DNA from: Phyllobates terribilis
Taxonomy: Eukaryota
Direction: 5' to 3'
NCBI RefSeq assembly: GCF_046119375.1
Contig: NW_027362769.1
Location: 359,910,001 to 359,974,000, forward strand
Length of the DNA stretch: 64,000 bases
Of the stretch, positions 13,847-26,833 are shown in pieces; position 1 is the first letter of the stretch, and every line of letters begins with the position of its first letter. Both the position numbers and the translations under genes were made by a program. The notes under the pieces were generated by a model that saw nothing but the letters and a program-made list of their open reading frames with translations, did no database searches and was not told where the DNA came from.

Positions 13847-14237
13847 TGTAAAGTATATAGAGCAGCCTGTACAGTATATAGAGCAGTGTGTACAGTATAT
13901 AGAGCAGTTTGCACAGTATATAGAGCAGTTTGTACAGTATATAGAGCAGCCTGTACAGTATGTACAGCAGTGTGTACAGTATATAGAGCAGTCTGTCCAG
14001 TATATAGAGCAGTGTGTACAGTATATAGAGCTGTCTGTACAGTATATAGAGCAGTGTGTACAGTATATAGAGCAGTTTGCACAGTATATATAGCTGCCTG
14101 TACAGTATATAGAGCAGTGTGTGCAGTACATAGAGCAGTGTGCACAGTATAAAGAGCTGCCTTTACAGTATATAGAGTAGTATGTACAGTATATAGAGCT
14201 GCCTGTACAGTATATAGAGCAGTCTGTACAGTATATA
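13847..14237 (+). repeat. 21-bp minisatellite, continuation
   Basis: Same unit as 10315-11720. Confidence 0.95.
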
Positions 14238-14799
14238 TGTAGCGCCCCAAGGGTTCGGTCGCTACAGAGGTATTACATCTCACCCAGAGGTGCGATATCT
14301 CACTTCCAGGTAAGGATGGAGTGTGGCTCAGGACCCTAACACCCGCATGCACTACACCACATTTCCGGGGGACAGGGCGACAATGCTCCCAAGTGTGAGC
14401 ACAACTGCCCCTGTCCCTGGCTGGAATGGGGGGAGGGAACACCTAGAAAGGGGGAACCCGGTAGTGTGTGGGTGTGGGAGAGTAGATCCTGGGTGCACTG
14501 ATGAGAGAGGTATAAAAGGTGGGAGCCATCTTAGAGACAGTGCTCCGTCAGAGGGAAGAAGTGACAGAACAGGGCCTCTGTGGAGCTCTGCTCCGGAGGC
14601 GTGTCTAGCCTATGAGGCTCTGCCAGGACAGAGAGTAGAGAAGAGAGAGGAGAAGACAGGGAGCAGGGGCTCTGTACGAGCTCTGCTCCACGGGCAGGCC
14701 AAGTCACAAGGCCTGGGCCTGGAGGAGAAGGAAGGAGAGGAGAGGAACGGAGGAGGCTCCAGGAGTGGACTGAAGGGACCCCAGGGGTGCGTACCTGGA
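14238..14799 (+). mobile_element. Truncated LTR related to the solo LTR at 25066-26109
   Basis: Starts TGTAGCGCCCC...ATCTCACCCAGAGGTG, similar to TGTGGCGCCCC...ATCTCACCCAGAGGTG at 25066; right part missing, fused to the piggyBac-type end. Confidence 0.7.
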
Positions 14800-14911
14800 G
14801 GATCCGTTGAAGCATTCCAGAGTAATTACCTCATAAAGTGACAGTGGTCAGAATTGTAAAAATTGGCCTGGTCATTAAGGCGCAAACCACCCTCGGAGGT
14901 AAAGGGGTTAA

Positions 14912-16318
14912 CATGAAAAATCCAACTGCCACAGGCGACTTAGAAGGTCTAATCTGACCAGCAGCCAGGCTAGTCTGTATGTACTCCTCCAAGGCCTTTC
15001 TTTCAGGGATAGTCAGATTAAACAAGCGACTCTTGGGAAGAGTAGCTCCCAGAACAAACTAAATGGCACAATCATAATCCCTATGAGGAGGTAAAACTTG
15101 TGTCTCCTCCTCCTAAAAAACCCTCCAAAAATCTTGAATAGGTACAGGTAATTCCCCTTTTTCCACAGCCGCAATGCGACCATTACAACATTTATGGTAA
15201 ATTATTTAATACAACCAAGTCCAAAATTTCTTGGTGAGAGTCCATTGATAGTGAGAGGAAATGCAGCAACCTTGTGAGTAATACATTTCAAGGGAGTGTT
15301 ATCAATAGCAATCACAGAAATAGGTGATGACAAAGGTTTGGATTTCAATTTATGTTTTTCCAAAAACCCTTTATCAATCACATTAAGTGTTGAACCACAA
15401 TCCACAAATACCTGAAATTCAATCAAATTTTCCTGCAAAGTAGTACTCCCTGAAAGAAGTACTCCTGCAGAGCGTAAACAAGCTATACGGGCGTACCTGA
15501 CCTTTTTTTTTTTCTTTACTTAAACGAAGCTCACAATACTTAATCAAATGGTCAGCTTTACCACAATAAAGACACAATCCCTCGGCGAACCTCCGGTCTC
15601 TTTCCTGAGAGGGGAGAGACTTTGCCCCAACCTCCATCGTTTCTCCGCCGTCTGAGCAGATTTTCTGGGGGCTAGGACCTGGCATTATAGCAGTCTTTAC
15701 CTCATTCTGCCTAAATCTCAGTCTCCTATCCACACAAACAGCTAATTGCATGGCATCCTGCAGAGTCTCAGGTGCGGGGAATGCAATTAGCAAATCCTTA
15801 ACCCTTTCACTCAGACCAGCAAGAAATAGACATTTCAGAGCAGGATCATTCCATTTGACATCTGAAGCCCATCTTCTAAAGTGTGTGCAATAATTTTCAA
15901 CATCACCTGACCCCTGATTCAAACACCTGAGTTCTGTCTCAGCAGATGAGATTCGATCAGGATCGTCATATAATAGACCCATAGCAGAAAAAAATTATTC
16001 TACAGACCTTAAACATGGATCATTAGGTTGGAGAGAAAAGGCCCACCCCTGTGGTTCATTGCGCAAAAGTGACATAATAAAACCAATGCGCTGTGATTCA
16101 TTCCCAGAGGACCTTGGTCTCAAGCGAAAATATAACAAACAAGCATTTTTAAAGGAAAAAAAATCTTGCTGTTTACCATTAAAAACATCAGGCAGTCCTA
16201 CCTTGGGTTCCACAAAATGCGCTCCAGAACAGCTACTCACGTGTTGCTGGAGCTCGGCCACCTCCAGATACAATCCCTGCAAGCGTTGAGCCAAAACTTG
16301 GATGGAAGCCATACTGAT
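14912..16318 (-). pseudogene. Gypsy gag, protease and RT N-terminus, frameshifted
   Basis: Gag-like ORFs (EPKVGLPDVFNG; LRCLNQGSGDVENY), zinc knuckle CLYCGKADHLIKYC, protease VFVDCGST, RT start [13 protein letters not shown]. Confidence 0.92.
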
Positions 16319-16359
16319 CCCCGAATTTCTTTCCTTTAGTTTCTTTGGGCTGAACTTAC

Positions 16360-16770
16360 TGTTATGATCTGCAACAAGCACTAAGGAAAGAAAGGGGAAA
16401 GCTATCCCTACAGTAAGACTAAGCTGAATCCCTACGATGTAACGGGCTGCCTGTTCTTTGTGAACAGACCCGCCTTAGTCCTCGGCTATTCTGAACGAAG
16501 ACCAATAGAATAAGGGGAGGGGTCCCTAAAAGAACTAAGGACTGGAGCAAAAATGTTGCAGAGCACAAAAGATAAACTGACCAAAGGTACTAGAGGTCCC
16601 AGAAGGACCAAGCGAACAGACAGGGAAAGGCACCGAAGCACCTCGCTAGCAAAACAGTCAAACAACACTGAAGTCCAGCACAGCCAAAAGGGCGGAGCTG
16701 GAATATAAAGGCAGATGGTCACGTGACTGCAAAACACAAGATGGAAAAAACAAACAGGAGGGTTCTAACA
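16360..16770 (-). repeat. 5' LTR of Gypsy element
   Basis: Minus strand TG...CA ends; paralog of 519-966. Confidence 0.92.
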
Positions 16771-17100
16771 AATGATGAGCAAACGTGCTCACCACTACTC
16801 GGTACTCGCCGAGCATCACTGTGCTCGACATGCTCGCGAGTATTTCCGGGTTGCTGGGGGGTGAGCTCGGGTCACCTCCCTGCATGTTTGGCGCTATTTA
16901 GAGGGTCAAACAACATGCAGGGATTGCTTGCCACACACTGTAATGCCGTAGCCATGTTGGTTGTGGCATTAAAGTGACTGACTGGCCGCATAGCGTCATC
17001 GGGTCTATTAAAGACCCGTTGACGCTATGGTTGTCACAGTCTACCCCGGAAACAGGCAGAGTAGGGAGAGCTGCTGCTTTCCCTACTCTGCCTGCTCAGC
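16771..17100 (+). mobile_element. Terminal fragment of a TAGTGATGAGC-type hAT element
   Basis: Joining 513-518 to 16776 onward gives TAGTGA-TGAGCAAACGTGCTC, similar to the ends at 42882 and 43201. Confidence 0.6.
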
Positions 17101-17644
17101 AGAAGTTCTAATTGCGCCCCCCCCCCCCAAAAAAAAAAAAAGTAAATAATTGTCGTGGTCACAGAAGAGCAGATCTCACAACTTTCCAGCCATTACGTAG
17201 TAATTTTTCTCCTGCTGAAGTCCTAGATTCCTCTTTCATTGCCCCATAAAGTGTGATGCCAACAAAAGTGCCTCCAAAAACAGTATGGTACCACCATGGG
17301 AATTCCTCCACATGCACAGTGTAATGACCCTACTGTACCCACCTCTACTCCCAGGGCAAAGTATGCTGACCCCAAAACTGTTTGATCCCCCAACTTTGAC
17401 CCCCACACAGCCCTCCATGCAGTATAATGGGCCTATATACAGTATAATGGCCCCGCACAAACCTTCAGACTCCACAGAGTATAGTGCACTCGCCATGGTC
17501 CTCCACACAGTATAATGCACTCCCCACGGTCCTCCACACAGTATATTGCACTCCCCATGGTCCTGTATGCAGTAGAATGTAGCCCCCCATAGAGTAAAAA
17601 TGCAGCCCCCACCATAGGGTAAAATGCAGCCCCAGTCCTCCAGT

Positions 17645-17899
17645 ATTATCAGTACGCACTGATTAAACATTCCCTCACTACCTTCAAGTCAACACTCACT
17701 GTAGCAAAACACACATATTTCTCATCTCTCATATCCTCCCTGTCTCACAACCCCAAACAACTATTCAACACCTTCAATTCTCTCCCTCATCCCCCAGTGT
17801 CTCCTCCCTCTCCTCTAATTTCAGCTGAAGACTTTGCCTCATTCTTCAAGCAGAAGATTGACACCATGAGAAAAAGCTTTTGCCTAATGTTCCCACAGC
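17645..17899 (+). mobile_element. L2-type LINE ORF2 fragment, continues at 37007
   Basis: Encodes ISAEDFASFFKQKID (pre-RT linker); resumes after the duplicated 8-mer at 37007. Confidence 0.7.
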
Positions 17900-18423
17900 C
17901 AGAGCCGGACTGGAGTACCTGGGGCCCACCAGGAAAAAAAATCAATCTTGGGGCCCACCAGCACCATGCAGTTACCGTATATAAGAATAACATAAGTCCA
18001 CAAACTCTTTCAAATTGATTCAACTTTATTAACCAATAAATAACCAATATAATGAATAAATAACACACTAAAGAAACACTCCTGGCAAAAGAGGAACACT
18101 GTTATCTTATTCACATGAGTGTGTGATAAAGTGCCATAACAGAACAATAACAATAAATACTTTCAAGGTACATTCTCTTAAAGTATGAGTGCCACAAATT
18201 GAACCTGCATCTATCTAGCAACCCAGCAGCCAGCTTCATTGTAGCAGCACCAAACTTGGCCCACTGGGAAAACTTAAAGAATTCTGTAAGCATTTTGGAA
18301 GTTTATATTGCACGTTTTCCTCTCCTCTATAATACAGTACCATTCAATTGTTAGTGAAAGGCCCAAAACAACAAATAAACACACACTAACAGTCATTCAG
18401 CAGCAAAATTACAAAAATTTTTT

Positions 18424-18741
18424 TCAGAACAGAAGATGACATTGCATGCGTATTAATAATGTATCATAGTCTAAGTTCCTTGAAATGTCATACTCAATGT
18501 TCAACAGAAGGAGTGACTCTAAAAGCTCCTGTCCAATCGAAGACCTCAGACGATTTTTTACTATTTTCAGCTTTGAGAACACTCTTTCACATGAAACCTG
18601 GGTGTAAGCAAGTGTAAGAAGTGTCTTGTAAACTGCAAAAATGTTTGTGTAAGCAGCAGAATGTAAATTGCAGTCATATAAAAGTCTGTAGCAGCAGGAA
18701 AGACAGTTTTTTTGCGGGACAAGTTGTACTTTCAGATGCAA
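18424..18741 (-). pseudogene. hAT transposase C-terminal dimerization domain fragment
   Basis: TQVSCERVFSKLKIVKNRLRSSIGQELLESLLLLNIE. Confidence 0.85.
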
Positions 18742-18937
18742 TAATTTATTTTACCATATAATGTACAGGGAAATGGCAATAAAAGTTCCAAGTGCAGTAA
18801 AATTGCAAAAAAAGTGCAATTACACATTTGTTTATTGGGTTTTTTAGTCACCATGTTCACTATATGGTAAAACCGACATGACAGTGTCATGCCTCGGGTC
18901 AGTACGAGTTCGTAGATACCAAACATATATACCTTTA

Positions 18938-21775
18938 CTGGTATATATGTTTGGTTTACTGGCTGCTCACATATCCCCACCCCAGGGCGTGTGTATAAAA
19001 TGGAGACCGAGTGTTTCATTCAGTGTCTGTGGCTGAAGGTGTGGAGACCTCCAGAGTGTTTGTGCTACAGGACACCGACCGTGAGCGGGTGAACCCACCA
19101 TATTGTATGGACTGTTTATTTTCTGTTTTGTTACACTGTTCCGGACAAGGCTGTCTTTTGTTTACTTCTAAAAGTGTGGTTTATGAAGGTATAATAAACC
19201 AGCCTTGGACTTTTTTAAAGAAACAGTATCCTGTGCCTACTTCTAACGTGGCTGAGTGAGTACCAAACTCTACAATTGGTGGAAAATTCAGACACAAATC
19301 CCAAGGGGCAGTGTGACTGCTTCAAGAGGGACTGTATGTCCTGGGTGAAGTCTGCCACAAGCCAGCAAGTGATGTCAGACAAAATGGGGCACCTGCTGAA
19401 ACATTTGGTGCAGCGCAGCAATCACCACACCAGCAGCACCAGCAATTATTACAGCAGCAACAATTGGCGCAACAAAAGACCACTAAGCTGCTGATGCAGC
19501 AGATCCAGCTCCAGAAACAGAAGCAACAGGATCAACATTGTCAACAGCAGCAGCAGATCGAGCTACTTGCAGAGGCGGTCCGTGGCACGGCGACGGCTCC
19601 AACAAGTCCAGGTGATGACTCACACGTCAGGAAGACGGTAAGATGACCCCAGGTGATGACGTTGAGACATTCCTGACTGTATTTGAAAGGGTGACGGAAC
19701 GGGAGAAATTACCTCCGGAGCAGTGGGTGCAGGTGCTGGCGCCATATTTAACATGGGAGCCACAGAAAGCCTATTATGACTTGGCCTTACAGGACGCAAA
19801 GGAGTATGCCAAATTGAGAATGGAGATTTTGGTGCGCTTAGGAGTGACTTTGACTGTCAGGGCGCAACGGGTGCACCACTGGGCCTATTGCAAGGACAAA
19901 CCTCCCCTGTCCCAAATGTTTGACCTCTTACAACTGGTCCAAAAGTGGTTGCAACCTGAATCTTCCTCCCCAGCACAAATGGTTGAGAAAGTTGTCATGG
20001 ACATTTTCATACACTCCCTTCCAAGGTCAGTGCAATCCTGGGTTGCCCAGGGAGATCCCCGTAATGCCGATGACTTGGTGGGTTTGGTGGAAAGGTACCA
20101 GGAGGTTGAGAGTTCCTTGGGGAAACAAGGGGTTGTAGCGTCTCCATACTGTGGTTCCCAAAAGAGGGTGGACATCCAAAAGAGGGGGAGCTAGAGCCAC
20201 ATCTGAGGGGCATCCTAGAGCCCAGGAGGGATCTTAGTTGCTGCCAAAGGTCCCGCCCCATAATATAGTATGTTTGAGATGTCACACCTCAGGTCACATA
20301 GCCGCCCGTTGCCCCATGACAACTGAGCCAATGGACTGCAGCGCAAGACGGCGTTGCTCACATTTTGCATATCCTGTCTGCAGTACTGTCCCTCAACCAG
20401 GCGAAGCACCGCAGGCATGCCTTGTGTCAGTGAATGGAGTGCAAGTGACTGCTCTGTTAGATTCAAGGAGTTTGGTAACCCTAGTGAGGGCCACAATTCC
20501 TCATCGGCCGGTTCCGGGAAAAAGGTCGTCGTCCGTTGTATCCATGGGGACGCTAATGACTACCCTGTGGCCCGAGTCCCATGAGGAGGGCGTAGTCAAA
20601 GACCTGTTGCACCCTGTTGTAATAGGGCGGGACTTTGCCTTGTTTTGGGACTTGTGGTAGAAAGGGAGGAAGCCAGGTTGTTCGGACAACAACCAGGTCA
20701 CTCCTGAAGAAACCTCATCGCAGGCCGCCGCCGCGCTTCCTTTTTGTGCGCTGGTTGGGGATAAGGATGAGGCAGCTTCCACAGAGGCCAACATTCCTGA
20801 ACTGGAGGTGTCCAGAGGAAACTTTGGAACCGCCCATCTCAGGGACTTAACCCTAAAAGGGGCGTTTGATAATGTGACTGTTCTTAATGGTGTTGCTCAA
20901 GAGCCGGGGGCTGACACCCAATATCCACACTTTGCCGTAAATGGGGAGCTGTTATATCGGGTCACCAAGCTCAGAGGGGAGGTTATCGAGCAGTTACTAG
21001 TGCCAGGGCCGTACAGACGCAAGGTGTTAGATATGGCCCATGCACATGTCTTAGGTGGTCATCTAGGGGTAGAAAAAACCCAAGAAAGGATCCTTCAGAG
21101 GTTCTACTGGCCCGGGTGTCACCAAGAGATAGTGAATTATTGTAGGTCCTGTCCCACCTGTCAAATGACCTCCCCCGTGACTCACTGCTGTAGCCCTTTA
21201 GTGCCTCTGCCTATCATCGAGATTCCGTTCGATTGCATCGCCATGGATCTAATGGGACCCCTGGTCAAGTCCGCCAGAGGACATCAGTACATCCTGGTGG
21301 TACTGGACTATGCCTCACGGTATCTGGAGGCCGTACTACTACAAAACTCCTCCTCCAAGTGTATAGCCCGGGAGTTGGTCCATATCTTTTCCAGGACAGG
21401 GTTGCCTAAAGAGATCGTAACGGACGAAGGGACTCCATTTATGTCAAAGGTAATGAGAGAGTTGTGCAAGATCCTGCAGATCACACAACTCAGGACCTCA
21501 GTCTACCACCCACACACAGATGGCTTGGTGGAGAGGTTTAATAAAACCCTGAAGGCCATGTTGAAGAAGGTCATAGAGAAAGATGGCCGGGACTGGGACT
21601 GTCTACTGCCATAACTTCTATTTTCCATCAGAGAAGTCCCACAGGCCTCTCCTGGATTCTCCCCTTTCGAGCTGTTGCATGGCCGACACCCCCGTAGACT
21701 CCTGGACGTGGCAAAGGAGACCTGGGAGGCGGAATCTACACCCTACAGGAGTCTACACCCTACAGGAGTGCAATC
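18938..21775 (+). mobile_element. Gmr1-like Gypsy retrotransposon, 5' half (LTR, SCAN-like gag, protease, integrase)
   Basis: LTR ends ...CTCTACA at 19274 followed by PBS-like TGGTGGAAAAT; Gag DDVETFLTVFER...WLQPE...FIHSLP; CLRCHTSGHIAARC; ALLDSRS; integrase GGHLG...C-x2-C, DLMGPL, TDEGTPF, DGLVERFN directly after protease. LTR start uncertain. Confidence 0.85.
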
Positions 21776-24700
21776 TACGACCGTCGATGGTGCCGTCAAC
21801 AAGGATTTGGATTTCTGGATCACAGAATGAATTACCTATATGATGGACTACTTGCTAGTGATGGGGTTCACCTTACGAAGACTGGAAAACGTGTATTTGG
21901 AAGTCGCATTGCTACACTCATCAGGAGAGCTTTAAACTAGAACAATGTGGGAAGGGAAGCAAAAGGCTATAAAAAGCTACACAGCTGACAAATACTGTTG
22001 AGATCTCTGCTATTGGAAGTGGAAAGAAAGAACAAAGAAAAAAAAAAACTAAATAATAAAAATAGGGGAGGAAGAGAACCAGTCACAAACTAAAATGTTT
22101 TTATACAAATGCACAAAGCATGGGCAACAAACAAGGAGATTTGGAACTACTAACGCAGGAAAAGGAATATGATGTCGTTGGAATCACTGAAACTTGGTGG
22201 GACAATACACATGATTGGAATAAAAGGCTAAAAGGATACAACTTATTTGCAAGAAACAGACTTGATAAACGAGGAGGAGGTGTCGCTTTGTATGTTAGAA
22301 AAGCGTATATCTGCACAGAGGTTGAAGCTTCAGAGACTGGGAGTTCTGTGGAAACTGTTTGGGTAAGAATACAAGGAGAGAACAACGGAAAGGACACCAT
22401 TGTAGGCATTTACTACAGGCCACCTGGGCAAACTGAAGATATGGATGAACAAATGACCAATATCAAATGACCAAGTTCTCCAAAAAATATGACGTAGTGG
22501 TCATGGGAGATTTCAACTATCCAGACATTTGTTGGGAATCTCTCTCAAGTAAAACTAACAGGTCAAGCAAATTCTTATCCTCTCTTGCTGACAACTTTAT
22601 CTTCCAAAAGGTAGGGGAGAAAACAAGGGGATCTGCTACTTTGGATCTAATCCTTATTAAACAGGGACGAAATGGTTGAGGAGATAAAAGTGGCTGGGAC
22701 TCTAGGAGGCAGCGATCATGCTATTATAGAATTTTGGCTAACTAGAGGAGGAAGACATGTGAAGACTCAAACTTCAAGGTTAGATTTCAGAAAGGCAGAT
22801 TTTAAGCGACTCAGAAAGAGAATAGGAGGGATCCAATGGCTGGATGTCCTTAAGGACAAAAATGTCCAGGAAGGATGGGAAATTTTTAAAAATGAGATTC
22901 TCAAAGCACAATCGTTAACAATCCCGAAAAGTAGGAAGAATGGGAAGCATTTAAGGAAACCAGGATGGATGAACACAGAACTTAAACACATGCTAAAAAG
23001 AAAGAAAGAAATGTTTATCAAATGGAAAGAGGGAGGCATATCTAAAGAAGATTATAATGCAGTCTGCAGAACTTGTAGGGCACGTATTAGGTTAGCTAAA
23101 GCTGACAATGAATTAAGGCTTGCAAGAGATGTCAAAAGCAATAAAAAATAATTTTGTGGGTATGTCAAAAGTAAAAGAAAAGTCAAAGATGCTATAGGAT
23201 TTTTACAGGATGAAAATGGTGAAATGGTAAGAAAGGATGTTGAGAAGGCATCAGTTTTCTCTCAGAAAGAAAATGTAACATCAACTGATCTTCACTGTCC
23301 TATTAAAGGAATAGAAGAATCAAGGTTATCTGTAAACAGAGGGAATATTTAGCTAACATAAATGAGTTCAAGTCTCCAGGTCCAGATGAATTACACCCCA
23401 GAGTACTGAAGGAGATCGTAGAAGAAATTTAGAACCACTTTCCATAATCATTGAAAATTCTTGGAGAACAGGAGAAGTCCCAGAAGACTGGAGAAGAGCA
23501 AATGTTGTTCCTATCTTCAAAAGGGGGAAGAAGGTGGACCCAGGGAACTATAGGCCGGTGAGTCTGACTTCTATACCAGGAAAGATCTTTGAACAAATTA
23601 TTAAACAACATGTATGTAAGTACCTGGATAAGAATGAAGTAAGTAACCAGAGTCAGCATGGGTTTGTAACTAACAAGTCATGTCAGACTAACTTCATTTC
23701 CTTCTATGACAGAATCACTGACTGGGTGGATCAGTGAAATGCTGTAGATATGGTATATCTTGACTTCAGCAAAGCATTTGACAAAGTATCTCACACCATC
23801 CTTATTGAAAAAATGACCAAGTATGGAATGGACAAGGCAACTGTTAGGTGGATTCATAATTGGCTTAGTGATCGAACTCAAAGAGTGGCCGTAAATGGCT
23901 TCACATCCAGTTGGATGAATGTCTCAAGTGGGGTACCACAGGGCTCTGTCCTGGGACCTGTATTGTTCAACATCTTTATCAATGATTTAGATGAAGGAAT
24001 TGAGGGTAAACTGAATAAATTTGCTGATGACACAAAGCTAGGAGGGATAGCTAACACTAGAGAAGAGAGAGAGAGGCTTCAAAAAGACCTAAATAAACTG
24101 GAGCAGTGGGCAGCAACTAACAGAATGGTTTTTAACAGGGAAAATGTAAAGTACTACATCTGGGCAATAAAAATGAAAAAAAACATATACAGAATGGGAG
24201 GAATAGAGCTAAGCAACAGTATATGTGAAAAAGACTTAGGTATACTAATAGATCATAGACTGAACATGAGTCAACAGTGTGATGCAGCAGCAAAAAAGGC
24301 AAATACAATTCTGGGATGTATTAACAGAAGCATACAGTCTAGATCACGTGAAGTCATTATCACACTTTACTCCTCTTTGGTCAGACCTCATCTGGAATAC
24401 TGTGTCCAGTTTTGGGCACCACATTTTAAAAAAGACATTGACAAACTGGAGCAAGTTCAGAGAAGAGCGACCAGAATGGTGAACGGCCAGCAAACCATAT
24501 CCTATGAGGAACGGTTACAGGATTTGGGAATGTTTAGCTTGCAAAAAAGAAGACAGAGGAGACTTAATAGCTGTCTACAAATATCTCAAGGGCTGTCACA
24601 TTGTAGAAGGATCATCTTTATTCTCATTTGCACAAGGAAAGACTAGAAGCAATGGGATGAAACTGAATGGGAGGAGACACAGATTAGATATTAGAAAAAA

Positions 24701-24904
24701 CTTTTTGACAGTTAGGGTGATCAATGAGTGGAACAGGCTGCCACGAGAGGTGGTGAGTTCTCCTTCAATGGACGTCTTCAAACAGAGGCTGGACAGACAT
24801 CTGTCTGAGATGATTTAGTGAATCCTGCTTTGAGCAGGGGATTGGACCAGATGACCCAGGAGGTCCCTTCCAACTCTACCATTCTATGATTCTATGATTC
24901 TATG
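21776..24904 (+). mobile_element. CR1 LINE, 5'-truncated in ORF1, ORF2 broken
   Basis: ORF1 tail LLASDGVHLTKTGK...RRALN*; endonuclease [19 protein letters not shown]; [29 protein letters not shown]; 3' (ATTCTATG)3. Confidence 0.95.
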
Positions 24905-25065
24905 TATCTAAGTGGTGAAAACAAATTCACAAGTTTGAAAAAAAAAATCACACTTTTCGCGCCATGTTCTGCAAACCGTATTGTTCTCATTTTTTTGGAT
25001 CTGGGGCTGTATGACAGCTTAATTTTTGTGTCTAGAGCTGACGTGCATCTCTGCTGCTGTGTAGT

Positions 25066-26109
25066 TGTGGCGCCCCTGCGGGTTCAGTCGCCACAGAGGT
25101 ACTGCATCTCACCCAGAGGTGTGGTATCTCACTCTCAGGTAAGGATGGAGTACTGCCAGGGACCCTAACAGCTGCATCCAACACATTCCACTTCAGTGGG
25201 GGCAGGGCGAGATTGCTCCTAAAGGAGAGCACAGTCCCTGGTCCCTAGCTGAAGGGTGGAACTATGTAGTGGGTGTGGGTGGAGAACGTAGTTCAGGGAA
25301 GCACAGGAAACGAAGTGATATAAAAGAGGGAACCATCTTGGGAAGTGAGTTCAGCCAGTCAGAGGATGAAAGTGAGGGGAGCAGAGGCTCTGCAGGAGCT
25401 CTGCTCCGGAGGCGGGCCTAGTGAGAGGCCCAGGACTGAGAGAGGCGAGGGAGCAGGAGAAAGGCTCCAGGAACAGAAGGGATCCCAGGGGTAAGGGCAG
25501 TGCTGGAGGCCACCCGTACGCCCGAATCTGCCAGGCGGTGAAGGGATCGAGCCGCAGAGGGGACCTGCTCCTAAACTCGTGGAGAACTACAAGGCTCAGC
25601 TAGGAACCGGAAGCTGCTGTACTTGTAAGGTGCAGTGGCCACATCCACAATTATATCGCTGAGAAGGTGGCCACAGAGGGTCCAGGGGACTGCAGGTCAC
25701 CCGACAAGACCCGAGGCTACCGGATTGGGACACTGATTGCGAGGCGCAGGGCAGGAGGGCGAGAGCCAGTGCAGGAAGATGACAGAGGAAGGCACATAGA
25801 AAGGGGTCCTCTCAGGCACAACCTATAACATCTACACTGCCCTGGACCTAAGCTCTACCTTTGGAGAGCCACACCAGCTTTGCTGCACTAACATCAGCTC
25901 CAGAGGACCTGCTCCGCATCGGCGGCTCCCTTTAGCCGCATACCACAGGTGGCATCACAAACTTTATATATAAACTATAATCCCCTGTAAATAATATTCC
26001 CCTTTTTACTGACTGCCCTGGGTCACGGACCGGGTTGCCGCCACTGTGACATCTCCCCTAGCAACGACCGGCCCGGCACCAAGTACCCCACGGCCCAGGG
26101 GGCGCGTCA
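25066..26109 (+). mobile_element. Solo LTR, 1044 bp
   Basis: TGTGGCGCCCC...GGGGGCGCGTCA inverted termini; 4-bp TSD TAGT on both sides. Confidence 0.8.
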
Positions 26110-26449
26110 TAGTAGTCACACACAGGGAGAGGCTAAACATCCAAGTATTTAATATGTATTGCAAATAAAGAAAGTTCCCATTCTTAATATCCGAAAAAAC
26201 AAATGACTGACAAAAATCCACTATACCTAGAGAAATACCACCACACCATGACCAGAACACATACCACTACATAGTGATCAAATACTACCAAGTACAAGGT
26301 ATATATACTGCCACACCATGAGAAGACCACATACTACCACCACATACATCCTGTCCGAATAATACCACAAACAAGGGACAAATACCGCCACGCCATGACC
26401 ATAGCACATAATGGCACCAGATAGTGACTGATAATGAAAATGTAAAAAA

Positions 26450-26700
26450 GCTCTGTATATAGAGTCAGTGTACAGATAATGTAGAGATTATCAGTGACAT
26501 TATACACAGGAGCTCTGTGTATAGTGTGAGTGTAGAGGTAATACAGTGATCACCATTGACATTATGCACAGGAGCTCTGTATATAGTGTCAGTGTGTGTG
26601 TATAGGTAATACAGTGATCACCAGTGACATTACACACAGGACCTCTGTATATAGTGTCAGTGTGTGTGTATAGGTAATACACATACTCACCAGTGATATC
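26450..26700 (+). repeat. About 60-bp tandem repeat
   Basis: CTCTGTATATAGTGTCAGTGT...GGTAATACAGTGATCACCAGTGACATT, about 4 copies. Confidence 0.75.
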
Positions 26701-26833
26701 TCCAGTTGAAGTTCTTTATCTGCAGACCGATATATCACATCTTCTATGCAGGACTTATCTCTGCAGAAAATAACATAGTTAGATATAACTGATTACTTCC
26801 AGAGCCCAATCCACACTTTTCCCAAGATTTCTA

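Noticed and set aside
9007-14152. Repetitive ORFs (YRSGMQ, YTAC, YIEQCVQ)
   Set aside because: Translations of the 18- and 21-bp minisatellites; no independent coding evidence.
10315-14237. AGAGCTG in some 21-bp units as a third HDE array
   Set aside because: Most units read AGAGCAG and the array is not next to a stem-loop.
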